A stretch of 64,000 bases of DNA from Squalus acanthias (lineage: Eukaryota): contig CM059438.1 in NCBI GenBank assembly GCA_030390025.1, forward strand, positions 59,646,001-59,710,000. Direction: 5' to 3'. The number at the start of each line of letters is the position of its first letter. Within the stretch, counting starts at the first letter, position 1. The position numbers and the translations under genes were made by a program. Positions 15,901-33,900 of this stretch are shown piece by piece. The notes under the pieces were generated by a model. The model searched no databases. It was not told where the DNA came from and saw only the letters and a list, made by a program, of their open reading frames with translations.

Positions 15901-18900
15901 ACACTGACTGGAATATTAATCACACACTGACTGGAATATTAATCACACACTGACAGGAATATTAATCACACACTGACTGGAATATTAATCACACACTGAC
16001 TGGAATATTAATCACACACTGACAGGAATATTAATCACACACTGACTGGAATATTAATCACACACTGACTGGAATATTAATCACACACTGACTGGAATAT
16101 TAATCACACACTGACTGGAATATTAATCACACACTGACTGGAATATTAATCACACACTGACTGGAATATTAATCACACACTGACTGGAATATTAATCACA
16201 CACTGACTGGAATATTAATCACACACTGACTGGAATATTAATCACACACTGACTGGAATATTAATCACACACTGACTGGAATATTAATCACACACTGACT
16301 GGAATATTAATCACACACTGACTGGAATATTAATCACACACTGACTGGAATATTAATCACACACTGACTGGAATATTAATCACACACTGACTGGAATATT
16401 AATCACACACTGACTGGAATATTAATCACACACTGACTGGAATATTAATCACACACTGACTGGAATATTAATCACACACTGACTGGAATATTAATCACAC
16501 ACTGACTGGAATATTAATCACACACTGACAGGAATATTAATCACACACTGACTGGAATATTAATCACACACTGACTGGAATATTAATCACACACTGACTG
16601 GAATATTAATCACACACTGACTGGAATATTAATCACACACTGACTGGAATATTAATCACACACTGACTGGAATATTAATCACACACTGACTGGAATATTA
16701 ATCACACACTGACTGGAATATTAATCACACACTGACAGGAATATTAATCACACACTGACTGGAATATTAATCACACACTGACTGGAATATTAATCACACA
16801 CTGACTGGAATATTAATCACACACTGACTGGAATATTAATCACACACTGACTGGAATATTAATCACACACTGACTGGAATATTAATCACACACTGACTGG
16901 AATATTAATCACACACTGACTGGAATATTAATCACACACTGACTGGAATATTAATCACACACTGACTGGAATATTAATCACACACTGACTGGAATATTAA
17001 TCACACACTGACTGGAATATTAATCACACACTGACTGGAATATTAATCACACACTGACTGGAATATTAATCACACACTGACTGGAATATTAATCACACAC
17101 TGACTGGAATATTAATCACACACTGACAGGAATATTAATCACACACTGACTGGAATATTAATCACACACTGACTGGAATATTAATCACACACTGACTGGA
17201 ATATTAATCACACACTGACTGGAATATTAATCACACACTGACTGGAATATTAATCACACACTGACTGGAATATTAATCACACACTGACTGGAATATTAAT
17301 CACACACTGACTGGAATATTAATCACACACTGACTGGAATATTAATCACACACTGACTGGAATATTAATCACACACTGACTGGAATATTAATCACACACT
17401 GACTGGAATATTAATCACACACTGACTGGAATATTAATCACACACTGACTGGAATATTAATCACACACTGACTGGAATATTAATCACACACTGACTGGAA
17501 TATTAATCACACACTGACTGGAATATTAATCACACACTGACTGGAATATTAATCACACACTGACTGGAATATTAATCACACACTGACTGGAATATTAATC
17601 ACACACTGACTGGAATATTAATCACACACTGACTGGAATATTAATCACACACTGACTGGAATATTAATCACACACTGACTGGAATATTAATCACACACTG
17701 ACTGGAATATTAATCACACACTGACTGGAATATTAATCACACACTGACTGGAATATTAATCACACACTGACTGGAATATTAATCACACACTGACTGGAAT
17801 ATTAATCACACACTGACAGGAATATTAATCACACACTGACTGGAATATTAATCACACACTGACAGGAATATTAATCACACACTGACTGGAATATTAATCA
17901 CACACTGACTGGAATATTAATCACACACTGACTGGAATATTAATCACACACTGACTGGAATATTAATCACACACTGACTGGAATATTAATCACACACTGA
18001 CTGGAATATTAATCACACACTGACTGGAATATTAATCACACACTGACTGGAATATTAATCACACACTGACTGGAATATTAATCACACACTGACTGGAATA
18101 TTAATCACACACTGACTGGAATATTAATCACACACTGACTGGAATATTAATCACACACTGACTGGAATATTAATCACACACTGACTGGAATATTAATCAC
18201 ACACTGACTGGAATATTAATCACACACTGACTGGAATATTAATCACACACTGACTGGAATATTAATCACACACTGACTGGAATATTAATCACACACTGAC
18301 TGGAATATTAATCACACACTGACTGGAATATTAATCACACACTGACTGGAATATTAATCACACACTGACTGGAATATTAATCACACACTGACTGGAATAT
18401 TAATCACACACTGACTGGAATATTAATCACACACTGACTGGAATATTAATCACACACTGACTGGAATATTAATCACACACTGACTGGAATATTAATCACA
18501 CACTGACTGGAATATTAATCACACACTGACTGGAATATTAATCACACACTGACTGGAATATTAATCACACACTGACTGGAATATTAATCACACACTGACT
18601 GGAATATTAATCACACACTGACTGGAATATTAATCACACACTGACTGGAATATTAATCACACTGGAATATTAATCACACACTGACTGGAATATTAATCAC
18701 ACACTGACTGGAATATTAATCACACACTGACTGGAATATTAATCACACACTGACAGGAATATTAATCACACACTGACTGGAATATTAATCACACACTGAC
18801 TGGAATATTAATCACACACTGACTGGAATATTAATCACACACTGACTGGAATATTAATCACACACTGACTGGAATATTAATCACACACTGACTGGAATAT

Positions 18901-21900
18901 TAATCACACACTGACTGGAATATTAATCACACACTGACTGGAATATTAATCACACACTGACTGGAATATTAATCACACACTGACTGGAATATTAATCACA
19001 CACTGACTGGAATATTAATCACACACTGACAGGAATATTAATCACACACTGACTGGAATATTAATCACACACTGACTGGAATATTAATCACACACTGACT
19101 GGAATATTAATCACACACTGACTGGAATATTAATCACACACTGACTGGAATATTAATCACACACTGACTGGAATATTAATCACACACTGACAGGAATATT
19201 AATCACACACTGACTGGAATATTAATCACACACTGACTGGAATATTAATCACACACTGACTGGAATATTAATCACACACTGACTGGAATATTAATCACAC
19301 ACTGACTGGAATATTAATCACACACTGACTGGAATATTAATCACACACTGACTGGAATATTAATCACACACTGACTGGAATATTAATCACACACTGACAG
19401 GAATATTAATCACACACTGACTGGAATATTAATCACACACTGACTGGAATATTAATCACACACTGACTGGAATATTAATCACACACTGACTGGAATATTA
19501 ATCACACACTGACAGGAATATTAATCACACACTGACTGGAATATTAATCACACACTGACTGGAATATTAATCACACACTGACTGGAATATTAATCACACA
19601 CTGACTGGAATATTAATCACACACTGACTGGAATATTAATCACACACTGACTGGAATATTAATCACACACTGACTGGAATATTAATCACACACTGACTGA
19701 ATATTAATCACACACTGACTGGAATATTAATCACACACTGACTGGAATATTAATCACACACTGACTGGAATATTAATCACACACTGACAGGAATATTAAT
19801 CACACACTGGAATATTAATCACACACTGACTGGAATATTAATCACACACTGGAATATTAATCACACACTGACTGGAATATTAATCACACACTGACAGGAA
19901 TATTAATCACACACTGACTGGAATATTAATCACACACTGACTGGAATATTAATCACACACTGACTGGAATATTAATCACACACTGACTGGAATATTAATC
20001 ACACACTGACTGGAATATTAATCACACACTGACTGGAATATTAATCACACTGACTGGAATATTAATCACACACTGACTGGAATATTAATCACACACTGAC
20101 TGGAATATTAATCACACACTGACTGGAATATTAATCACACACTGACTGGAATATTAATCACACACTGACTGGAATATTAATCACACACTGACTGGAATAT
20201 TAATCACACACTGACTGGAATATTAATCACACACTGACTGGAATATTAATCACACACTGACTGGAATATTAATCACACACTGACTGGAATATTAATCACA
20301 CACTGACTGGAATATTAATCACACACTGACTGGAATATTAATCACACACTGACTGGAATATTAATCACACACTGACTGGAATATTAATCACACACTGACT
20401 GGAATATTAATCACACACTGACTGGAATATTAATCACACACTGACTGGAATATTAATCACACACTGACTGGAATATTAATCACACACTGACTGGAATATT
20501 AATCACACACTGACTGGAATATTAATCACACACTGACTGGAATATTAATCACACACTGACTGGAATATTAATCACACACTGACTGGAATATTAATCACAC
20601 ACTGACTGGAATATTAATCACACACTGACTGGAATATTAATCACACACTGACTGGAATATTAATCACACACTGACTGGAATATTAATCACACACTGACTG
20701 GAATATTAATCACACACTGACTGGAATATTAATCACACACTGACTGGAATATTAATCACACACTGACTGGAATATTAATCACACACTGACTGGAATATTA
20801 ATCACACACTGACTGGAATATTAATCACACACTGACTGGAATATTAATCACACACTGACTGGAATATTAATCACACACTGACTGGAATATTAATCACACA
20901 CTGACTGGAATATTAATCACACACTGACTGGAATATTAATCACACACTGACTGGAATATTAATCACACACTGACTGGAATATTAATCACACACTGACTGG
21001 AATATTAATCACACACTGACTGGAATATTAATCACACACTGACTGGAATATTAATCACACACTGACTGGAATATTAATCACACACTGACTGGAATATTAA
21101 TCACACACTGACTGGAATATTAATCACACACTGACTGGAATATTAATCACACACTGACTGGAATATTAATCACACACTGACTGGAATATTAATCACACAC
21201 TGACTGGAATATTAATCACACACTGACTGGAATATTAATCACACACTGACTGGAATATTAATCACACACTGACTGGAATATTAATCACACACTGACTGGA
21301 ATATTAATCACACACTGACTGGAATATTAATCACACACTGACTGGAATATTAATCACACACTGACTGGAATATTAATCACACACTGACTGGAATATTAAT
21401 CACACACTGACTGGAATATTAATCACACACTGACTGGAATATTAATCACACACTGACTGGAATATTAATCACACACTGACTGGAATATTAATCACACACT
21501 GACTGGAATATTAATCACACACTGACAGGAATATTAATCACACACTGACTGGAATATTAATCACACACTGACTGGAATATTAATCACACACTGACTGGAA
21601 TATTAATCACACACTGACTGGAATATTAATCACACACTGACTGGAATATTAATCACACACTGACTGGAATATTAATCACACACTGACTGGAATATTAATC
21701 ACACACTGACTGGAATATTAATCACACACTGACAGGAATATTAATCACACACTGACTGGAATATTAATCACACACTGACTGGAATATTAATCACACACTG
21801 ACAGGAATATTAATCACACACTGACTGGAATATTAATCACACACTGACTGGAATATTAATCACACACTGACTGGAATATTAATCACACACTGACTGGAAT

Positions 21901-24900
21901 ATTAATCACACACTGACTGGAATATTAATCACACACTGACTGGAATATTAATCACACACTGACTGGAATATTAATCACACACTGACTGGAATATTAATCA
22001 CACTGACTGGAATATTAATCACACACTGACTGGAATATTAATCACACACTGACTGGAATATTAATCACACACTGACTGGAATATTAATCACACTGACTGG
22101 AATATTAATCACACACTGACTGGAATATTAATCACACACTGACTGGAATATTAATCACACACTGACTGGAATATTAATCACACTGACTGGAATATTAATC
22201 ACACACTGACTGGAATATTAATCACACACTGACTGGAATATTAATCACACACTGACTGGAATATTAATCACACACTGACTGGAATATTAATCACACACTG
22301 ACTGGAATATTAATCACACACTGACTGGAATATTAATCACACACTGACTGGAATATTAATCACACACTGACTGGAATATTAATCACACACTGACTGGAAT
22401 ATTAATCACACACTGACTGGAATATTAATCACACACTGACAGGAATATTAATCACACACTGACTGGAATATTAATCACACACTGACTGGAATATTAATCA
22501 CACACTGACTGGAATATTAATCACACACTGACTGGAATATTAATCACACACTGACTGGAATATTAATCACACACTGACTGGAATATTAATCACACACTGA
22601 CTGGAATATTAATCACACACTGACTGGAATATTAATCACACACTGACTGGAATATTAATCACACACTGACTGGAATATTAATCACACACTGACTGGAATA
22701 TTAATCACACACTGACTGGAATATTAATCACACACTGACTGGAATATTAATCACACACTGACTGGAATATTAATCACACACTGACTGGAATATTAATCAC
22801 ACACTGACTGGAATATTAATCACACACTGACTGGAATATTAATCACACACTGACTGGAATATTAATCACACACTGACTGGAATATTAATCACACTGGAAT
22901 ATTAATCACACACTGACTGGAATATTAATCACACACTGACTGGAATATTAATCACACACTGACTGGAATATTAATCACACACTGACAGGAATATTAATCA
23001 CACTGACTGGAATATTAATCACACACTGACTGGAATATTAATCACACACTGACTGGAATATTAATCACACACTGACTGGAATATTAATCACACACTGACT
23101 GGAATATTAATCACACACTGACTGGAATATTAATCACACACTGACTGGAATATTAATCACACACTGACTGGAATATTAATCACACACTGACTGGAATATT
23201 AATCACACACTGACTGGAATATTAATCACACACTGACTGGAATATTAATCACACACTGACTGGAATATTAATCACACACTGACTGAATATTAATCACACA
23301 CTGACTGGAATATTAATCACACACTGACTGGAATATTAATCACACACTGACTGGAATATTAATCACACACTGACTGGAATATTAATCACACACTGACTGG
23401 AATATTAATCACACACTGACTGGAATATTAATCACACACTGACAGGAATATTAATCACACACTGACTGGAATATTAATCACACACTGACTGGAATATTAA
23501 TCACACACTGACAGGAATATTAATCACACACTGACAGGAATATTAATCACACACTGACTGGAATATTAATCACACACTGACTGGAATATTAATCACACAC
23601 TGACTGGAATATTAATCACACACTGACTGGAATATTAATCACACACTGACTGGAATATTAATCACACACTGACTGGAATATTAATCACACACTGACTGGA
23701 ATATTAATCACACACTGACTGGAATATTAATCACACACTGACTGGAATATTAATCACACACTGACTGGAATATTAATCACACACTGACTGGAATATTAAT
23801 CACACACTGACTGGAATATTAATCACACACTGACTGGAATATTAATCACACACTGACTGGAATATTAATCACACACTGACTGGAATATTAATCACACACT
23901 GACTGGAATATTAATCACACACTGACTGGAATATTAATCACACACTGACTGGAATATTAATCACACACTGACTGGAATATTAATCACACACTGACTGGAA
24001 TATTAATCACACACTGACTGGAATATTAATCACACACTGACTGGAATATTAATCACACACTGACTGGAATATTAATCACACACTGACTGGAATATTAATC
24101 ACACACTGGAATATTAATCACACACTGACTGGAATATTAATCACACACTGACTGGAATATTAATCACACACTGACTGGAATATTAATCACACACTGACTG
24201 GAATATTAATCACACACTGACTGGAATATTAATCACACACTGACTGGAATATTAATCACACACTGACTGGAATATTAATCACACACTGACTGGAATATTA
24301 ATCACACACTGACTGGAATATTAATCACACACTGACTGGAATATTAATCACACACTGACTGGAATATTAATCACACACTGACTGGAATATTAATCACACA
24401 CTGACTGGAATATTAATCACACACTGACTGGAATATTAATCACACACTGACTGGAATATTAATCACACACTGACTGGAATATTAATCACACACTGACTGG
24501 AATATTAATCACACACTGACTGGAATATTAATCACACACTGACTGGAATATTAATCACACACTGACTGGAATATTAATCACACACTGACTGGAATATTAA
24601 TCACACACTGACTGGAATATTAATCACACACTGACTGGAATATTAATCACACACTGACTGGAATATTAATCACACACTGACTGGAATATTAATCACACAC
24701 TGACTGGAATATTAATCACACACTGACTGGAATATTAATCACACACTGACTGGAATATTAATCACACACTGACTGGAATATTAATCACACACTGACTGGA
24801 ATATTAATCACACACTGACTGGAATATTAATCACACACTGACTGGAATATTAATCACACACTGACTGGAATATTAATCACACACTGACTGGAATATTAAT

Positions 24901-27900
24901 CACACACTGACTGGAATATTAATCACACACTGACTGGAATATTAATCACACACTGACTGGAATATTAATCACACACTGACTGGAATATTAATCACACACT
25001 GACTGGAATATTAATCACACACTGACTGGAATATTAATCACACACTGACTGGAATATTAATCACACACTGACTGGAATATTAATCACACACTGACTGGAA
25101 TATTAATCACACACTGACAGGAATATTAATCACACACTGACTGGAATATTAATCACACACTGACTGGAATATTAATCACACACTGACTGGAATATTAATC
25201 ACACACTGACTGGAATATTAATCACACACTGACTGGAATATTAATCACACACTGACTGGAATATTAATCACACACTGACTGGAATATTAATCACACACTG
25301 ACTGGAATATTAATCACACACTGACTGGAATATTAATCACACACTGACTGGAATATTAATCACACACTGACTGGAATATTAATCACACACTGACTGGAAT
25401 ATTAATCACACACTGACTGGAATATTAATCACACACTGACTGGAATATTAATCACACACTGACTGGAATATTAATCACACACTGACTGGAATATTAATCA
25501 CACACTGACTGGAATATTAATCACACACTGACTGGAATATTAATCACACACTGACTGGAATATTAATCACACACTGACTGGAATATTAATCACACACTGA
25601 CTGGAATATTAATCACACACTGACTGGAATATTAATCACACACTGACTGGAATATTAATCACACACTGACTGGAATATTAATCACACACTGACTGGAATA
25701 TTAATCACACACTGACTGGAATATTAATCACACACTGACTGGAATATTAATCACACTGACTGGAATATTAATCACACACTGACTGGAATATTAATCACAC
25801 ACTGACTGGAATATTAATCACACACTGACTGGAATATTAATCACACACTGACTGGAATATTAATCACACACTGACTGGAATATTAATCACACTGACTGGA
25901 ATATTAATCACACACTGACTGGAATATTAATCACACACTGACTGGAATATTAATCACACACTGACTGGAATATTAATCACACACTGACTGGAATATTAAT
26001 CACACACTGACTGGAATATTAATCACACACTGACTGGAATATTAATCACACACTGACTGGAATATTAATCACACACTGACTGGAATATTAATCACACACT
26101 GACTGGAATATTAATCACACACTGACTGGAATATTAATCACACACTGACTGGAATATTAATCACACACTGACTGGAATATTAATCACACACTGACTGGAA
26201 TATTAATCACACACTGACTGGAATATTAATCACACACTGACTGGAATATTAATCACACACTGACTGGAATATTAATCACACACTGACTGGAATATTAATC
26301 ACACACTGACTGGAATATTAATCACACACTGACTGGAATATTAATCACACACTGACTGGAATATTAATCACACACTGACTGGAATATTAATCACACACTG
26401 ACTGGAATATTAATCACACACTGACTGGAATATTAATCACACACTGACTGGAATATTAATCACACACTGACTGGAATATTAATCACACACTGACTGGAAT
26501 ATTAATCACACACTGACTGGAATATTAATCACACACTGACTGGAATATTAATCACACACTGACTGGAATATTAATCACACACTGACTGGAATATTAATCA
26601 CACACTGACTGGAATATTAATCACACACTGACTGGAATATTAATCACACACTGACTGGAATATTAATCACACACTGACTGGAATATTAATCACACACTGA
26701 CTGGAATATTAATCACACACTGACTGGAATATTAATCACACACTGACTGGAATATTAATCACACACTGACTGGAATATTAATCACACACTGACAGGAATA
26801 TTAATCACACACTGACTGGAATATTAATCACACACTGACTGGAATATTAATCACACACTGACTGGAATATTAATCACACACTGACTGGAATATTAATCAC
26901 ACACTGACTGGAATATTAATCACACACTGACTGGAATATTAATCACACACTGACTGGAATATTAATCACACACTGACTGGAATATTAATCACACACTGAC
27001 AGGAATATTAATCACACACTGACTGGAATATTAATCACACACTGACTGGAATATTAATCACACACTGACTGGAATATTAATCACACACTGACTGGAATAT
27101 TAATCACACACTGACAGGAATATTAATCACACACTGACTGGAATATTAATCACACACTGACTGGAATATTAATCACACACTGACTGGAATATTAATCACA
27201 CACTGACAGGAATATTAATCACACACTGACTGGAATATTAATCACACACTGACTGGAATATTAATCACACACTGACTGGAATATTAATCACACACTGACT
27301 GGAATATTAATCACACTGGAATATTAATCACACACTGACTGGAATATTAATCACACACTGACTGGAATATTAATCACACACTGACTGGAATATTAATCAC
27401 ACACTGACTGGAATATTAATCACACACTGACTGGAATATTAATCACACACTGACTGGAATATTAATCACACACTGACTGGAATATTAATCACACACTGAC
27501 TGGAATATTAATCACACACTGACTGGAATATTAATCACACACTGACTGGAATATTAATCACACACTGACTGGAATATTAATCACACACTGACTGGAATAT
27601 TAATCACACACTGACTGGAATATTAATCACACACTGACTGGAATATTAATCACACACTGACTGGAATATTAATCACACACTGACAGAATATTAATCACAC
27701 ACTGACTGGAATATTAATCACACACTGACTGGAATATTAATCACACACTGACAGGAATATTAATCACACACTGACAGGAATATTAATCACACACTGACTG
27801 GAATATTAATCACACACTGACTGAATATTAATCACACACTGACTGGAATATTAATCACACACTGACAGGAATATTAATCACACACTGACTGGAATATTAA

Positions 27901-30900
27901 TCACACACTGACTGGAATATTAATCACACACTGACAGGAATATTAATCACACACTGACTGGAATATTAATCACACACTGACTGGAATATTAATCACACAC
28001 TGACTGGAATATTAATCACACACTGACTGGAATATTAATCACACACTGACTGGAATATTAATCACACACTGACTGGAATATTAATCACACACTGACAGGA
28101 ATATTAATCACACACTGACTGGAATATTAATCACACACTGACTGGAATATTAATCACACACTGACTGGAATATTAATCACACTGACTGGAATATTAATCA
28201 CACACTGACTGGAATATTAATCACACACTGACTGGAATATTAATCACACACTGACTGGAATATTAATCACACACTGACAGGAATATTAATCACACTGACT
28301 GGAATATTAATCACACACTGACTGGAATATTAATCACACACTGACAGGAATATTAATCACACACTGACTGGAATATTAATCACACACTGACTGAATATTA
28401 ATCACACACTGACAGGAATATTAATCACACACTGACTGGAATATTAATCACACTGGAATATTAATCACACACTGACTGGAATATTAATCACACACTGACA
28501 GGAATATTAATCACACACTGACTGGAATATTAATCACACACTGACTGGAATATTAATCACACACTGACAGGAATATTAATCACACACTGACAGGAATATT
28601 AATCACACACTGACTGGAATATTAATCACACACTGACTGGAATATTAATCACACACTGACAGGAATATTAATCACACACTGACTGGAATATTAATCACAC
28701 ACTGACTGGAATATTAATCACACACTGACTGGAATATTAATCACACACTGACTGGAATATTAATCACACACTGACTGGAATATTAATCACACACTGACTG
28801 GAATATTAATCACACACTGACAGGAATATTAATCACACACTGACTGGAATATTAATCACACACTGACTGGAATATTAATCACACACTGACTGGAATATTA
28901 ATCACACACTGACAGGAATATTAATCACACACTGACTGGAATATTAATCACACACTGACTGGAATATTAATCACACACTGACAGGAATATTAATCACACA
29001 CTGACAGGAATATTAATCACACACTGACTGGAATATTAATCACACACTGACTGGAATATTAATCACACACTGACTGGAATATTAATCACACACTGACTGG
29101 AATATTAATCACACACTGACTGGAATATTAATCACACACTGACTGGAATATTAATCACACACTGACTGGAATATTAATCACACACTGACTGGAATATTAA
29201 TCACACACTGACTGGAATATTAATCACACACTGACTGGAATATTAATCACACACTGACTGGAATATTAATCACACACTGACAGGAATATTAATCACACAC
29301 TGACAGGAATATTAATCACACACTGACTGGAATATTAATCACACACTGACTGGAATATTAATCACACACTGACTGGAATATTAATCACACACTGACAGGA
29401 ATATTAATCACACACTGACTGGAATATTAATCACACTGGAATATTAATCACACACTGACTGGAATATTAATCACACACTGACTGGAATATTAATCACACA
29501 CTGACTGGAATATTAATCACACACTGACTGGAATATTAATCACACACTGACAGGAATATTAATCACACACTGACTGGAATATTAATCACACACTGACTGG
29601 AATATTAATCACACACTGACTGGAATATTAATCACACACTGACTGGAATATTAATCACACACTGACTGGAATATTAATCACACACTGACTGGAATATTAA
29701 TCACACACTGACTGGAATATTAATCACACACTGACTGGAATATTAATCACACACTGACAGGAATATTAATCACACACTGACTGGAATATTAATCACACAC
29801 TGACTGGAATATTAATCACACACTGACTGGAATATTAATCACACACTGACTGGAATATTAATCACACACTGACTGGAATATTAATCACACACTGACTGGA
29901 ATATTAATCACACACTGACTGGAATATTAATCACACACTGACTGGAATATTAATCACACACTGACTGGAATATTAATCACACACTGACTGGAATATTAAT
30001 CACACACTGACAGGAATATTAATCACACACTGACAGGAATATTAATCACACACTGACTGGAATATTAATCACACACTGACTGGAATATTAATCACACACT
30101 GACTGGAATATTAATCACACACTGACTGGAATATTAATCACACACTGACTGGAATATTAATCACACACTGACAGGAATATTAATCACACACTGACTGGAA
30201 TATTAATCACACACTGACTGGAATATTAATCACACACTGACAGGAATATTAATCACACACTGACTGGAATATTAATCACACACTGACTGGAATATTAATC
30301 ACACACTGACAGGAATATTAATCACACACTGACTGGAATATTAATCACACACTGACTGGAATATTAATCACACACTGACAGGAATATTAATCACACACTG
30401 ACAGGAATATTAATCACACACTGACTGGAATATTAATCACACACTGACTGGAATATTAATCACACACTGACTGGAATATTAATCACACACTGACTGGAAT
30501 ATTAATCACACACTGACTGGAATATTAATCACACACTGACAGGAATATTAATCACACACTGACTGGAATATTAATCACACTGACTGGAATATTAATCACA
30601 CACTGACTGGAATATTAATCACACACTGACAGGAATATTAATCACACACTGACTGGAATATTAATCACACACTGACTGGAATATTAATCACACACTGACA
30701 GGAATATTAATCACACACTGACTGGAATATTAATCACACACTGACTGGAATATTAATCACACTGACTGGAATATTAATCACACACTGACTGGAATATTAA
30801 TCACACACTGACTGGAATATTAATCACACACTGACTGGAATATTAATCACACACTGACTGGAATATTAATCACACACTGACTGAATATTAATCACACACT

Positions 30901-33900
30901 GACTGGAATATTAATCACACACTGACTGGAATATTAATCACACACTGACTGGAATATTAATCACACACTGACTGGAATATTAATCACACACTGACTGGAA
31001 TATTAATCACACACTGACTGGAATATTAATCACACACTGACTGGAATATTAATCACACACTGACTGGAATATTAATCACACACTGACTGGAATATTAATC
31101 ACACACTGACTGGAATATTAATCACACACTGACTGGAATATTAATCACACACTGACAGGAATATTAATCACACACTGACTGGAATATTAATCACACACTG
31201 ACTGGAATATTAATCACACACTGACTGGAATATTAATCACACACTGACAGGAATATTAATCACACACTGACTGGAATATTAATCACACACTGACTGGAAT
31301 ATTAATCACACACTGACTGGAATATTAATCACACACTGACTGGAATATTAATCACACACTGACTGGAATATTAATCACACACTGACTGGAATATTAATCA
31401 CACACTGACTGGAATATTAATCACACACTGACTGGAATATTAATCACACACTGACTGGAATATTAATCACACACTGACTGGAATATTAATCACACACTGA
31501 CTGGAATATTAATCACACACTGACTGGAATATTAATCACACACTGACTGGAATATTAATCACACACTGACTGGAATATTAATCACACACTGACTGGAATA
31601 TTAATCACACACTGACTGGAATATTAATCACACACTGACTGGAATATTAATCACACACTGACTGGAATATTAATCACACACTGACTGGAATATTAATCAC
31701 ACACTGACTGGAATATTAATCACACACTGACTGGAATATTAATCACACACTGACTGGAATATTAATCACACACTGACTGGAATATTAATCACACACTGAC
31801 TGGAATATTAATCACACACTGACTGGAATATTAATCACACACTGACTGGAATATTAATCACACACTGACTGGAATATTAATCACACACTGACTGGAATAT
31901 TAATCACACACTGACTGGAATATTAATCACACACTGACTGGAATATTAATCACACACTGACTGGAATATTAATCACACACTGACTGGAATATTAATCACA
32001 CACTGACTGGAATATTAATCACACACTGACTGGAATATTAATCACACACTGACTGGAATATTAATCACACTGGAATATTAATCACACACTGACTGGAATA
32101 TTAATCACACACTGACTGGAATATTAATCACACACTGACTGGAATATTAATCACACACTGACTGGAATATTAATCACACACTGACAGGAATATTAATCAC
32201 ACACTGACTGGAATATTAATCACACACTGACTGGAATATTAATCACACACTGACTGGAATATTAATCACACACTGACTGGAATATTAATCACACACTGAC
32301 TGGAATATTAATCACACACTGACTGGAATATTAATCACACACTGACTGGAATATTAATCACACTGGAATATTAATCACACACTGACTGGAATATTAATCA
32401 CACACTGACAGGAATATTAATCACACACTGACAGGAATATTAATCACACACTGACAGGAATATTAATCACACTGACTGGAATATTAATCACACACTGACT
32501 GGAATATTAATCACACACTGACTGGAATATTAATCACACACTGACTGGAATATTAATCACACACTGACAGGAATATTAATCACACACTGACTGGAATATT
32601 AATCACACACTGACTGGAATATTAATCACACACTGACTGGAATATTAATCACACACTGACAGGAATATTAATCACACACTGACTGGAATATTAATCACAC
32701 ACTGACAGGAATATTAATCACACACTGACTGGAATATTAATCACACACTGACTGGAATATTAATCACACACTGACTGGAATATTAATCACACACTGACAG
32801 GAATATTAATCACACACTGACTGGAATATTAATCACACACTGACAGGAATATTAATCACACACTGACTGGAATATTAATCACACACTGACTGGAATATTA
32901 ATCACACACTGACTGGAATATTAATCACACACTGGAATATTAATCACACACTGACTGGAATATTAATCACACACTGACTGGAATATTAATCACACACTGA
33001 CTGGAATATTAATCACACACTGACTGGAATATTAATCACACACTGACTGGAATATTAATCACACACTGACTGGAATATTAATCACACACTGACTGGAATA
33101 TTAATCACACACTGACTGGAATATTAATCACACACTGACTGGAATATTAATCACACACTGACTGGAATATTAATCACACACTGACTGGAATATTAATCAC
33201 ACACTGACTGGAATATTAATCACACACTGACTGGAATATTAATCACACACTGACTGGAATATTAATCACACACTGACTGGAATATTAATCACACACTGAC
33301 TGGAATATTAATCACACACTGACTGGAATATTAATCACACACTGACTGGAATATTAATCACACACTGACTGGAATATTAATCACACACTGACTGGAATAT
33401 TAATCACACACTGACAGGAATATTAATCACACACTGACTGGAATATTAATCACACACTGACTGGAATATTAATCACACACTGACTGGAATATTAATCACA
33501 CACTGACTGGAATATTAATCACACTGACTGGAATATTAATCACACACTGACTGGAATATTAATCACACACTGACAGGAATATTAATCACACACTGACTGG
33601 AATATTAATCACACACTGACTGGAATATTAATCACACACTGACAGGAATATTAATCACACACTGACTGGAATATTAATCACACACTGACTGGAATATTAA
33701 TCACACACTGACTGGAATATTAATCACACACTGACAGGAATATTAATCACACACTGACAGGAATATTAATCACACACTGACAGGAATATTAATCACACAC
33801 TGACTGGAATATTAATCACACACTGACTGGAATATTAATCACACACTGACTGGAATATTAATCACACACTGACAGGAATATTAATCACACACTGACTGGA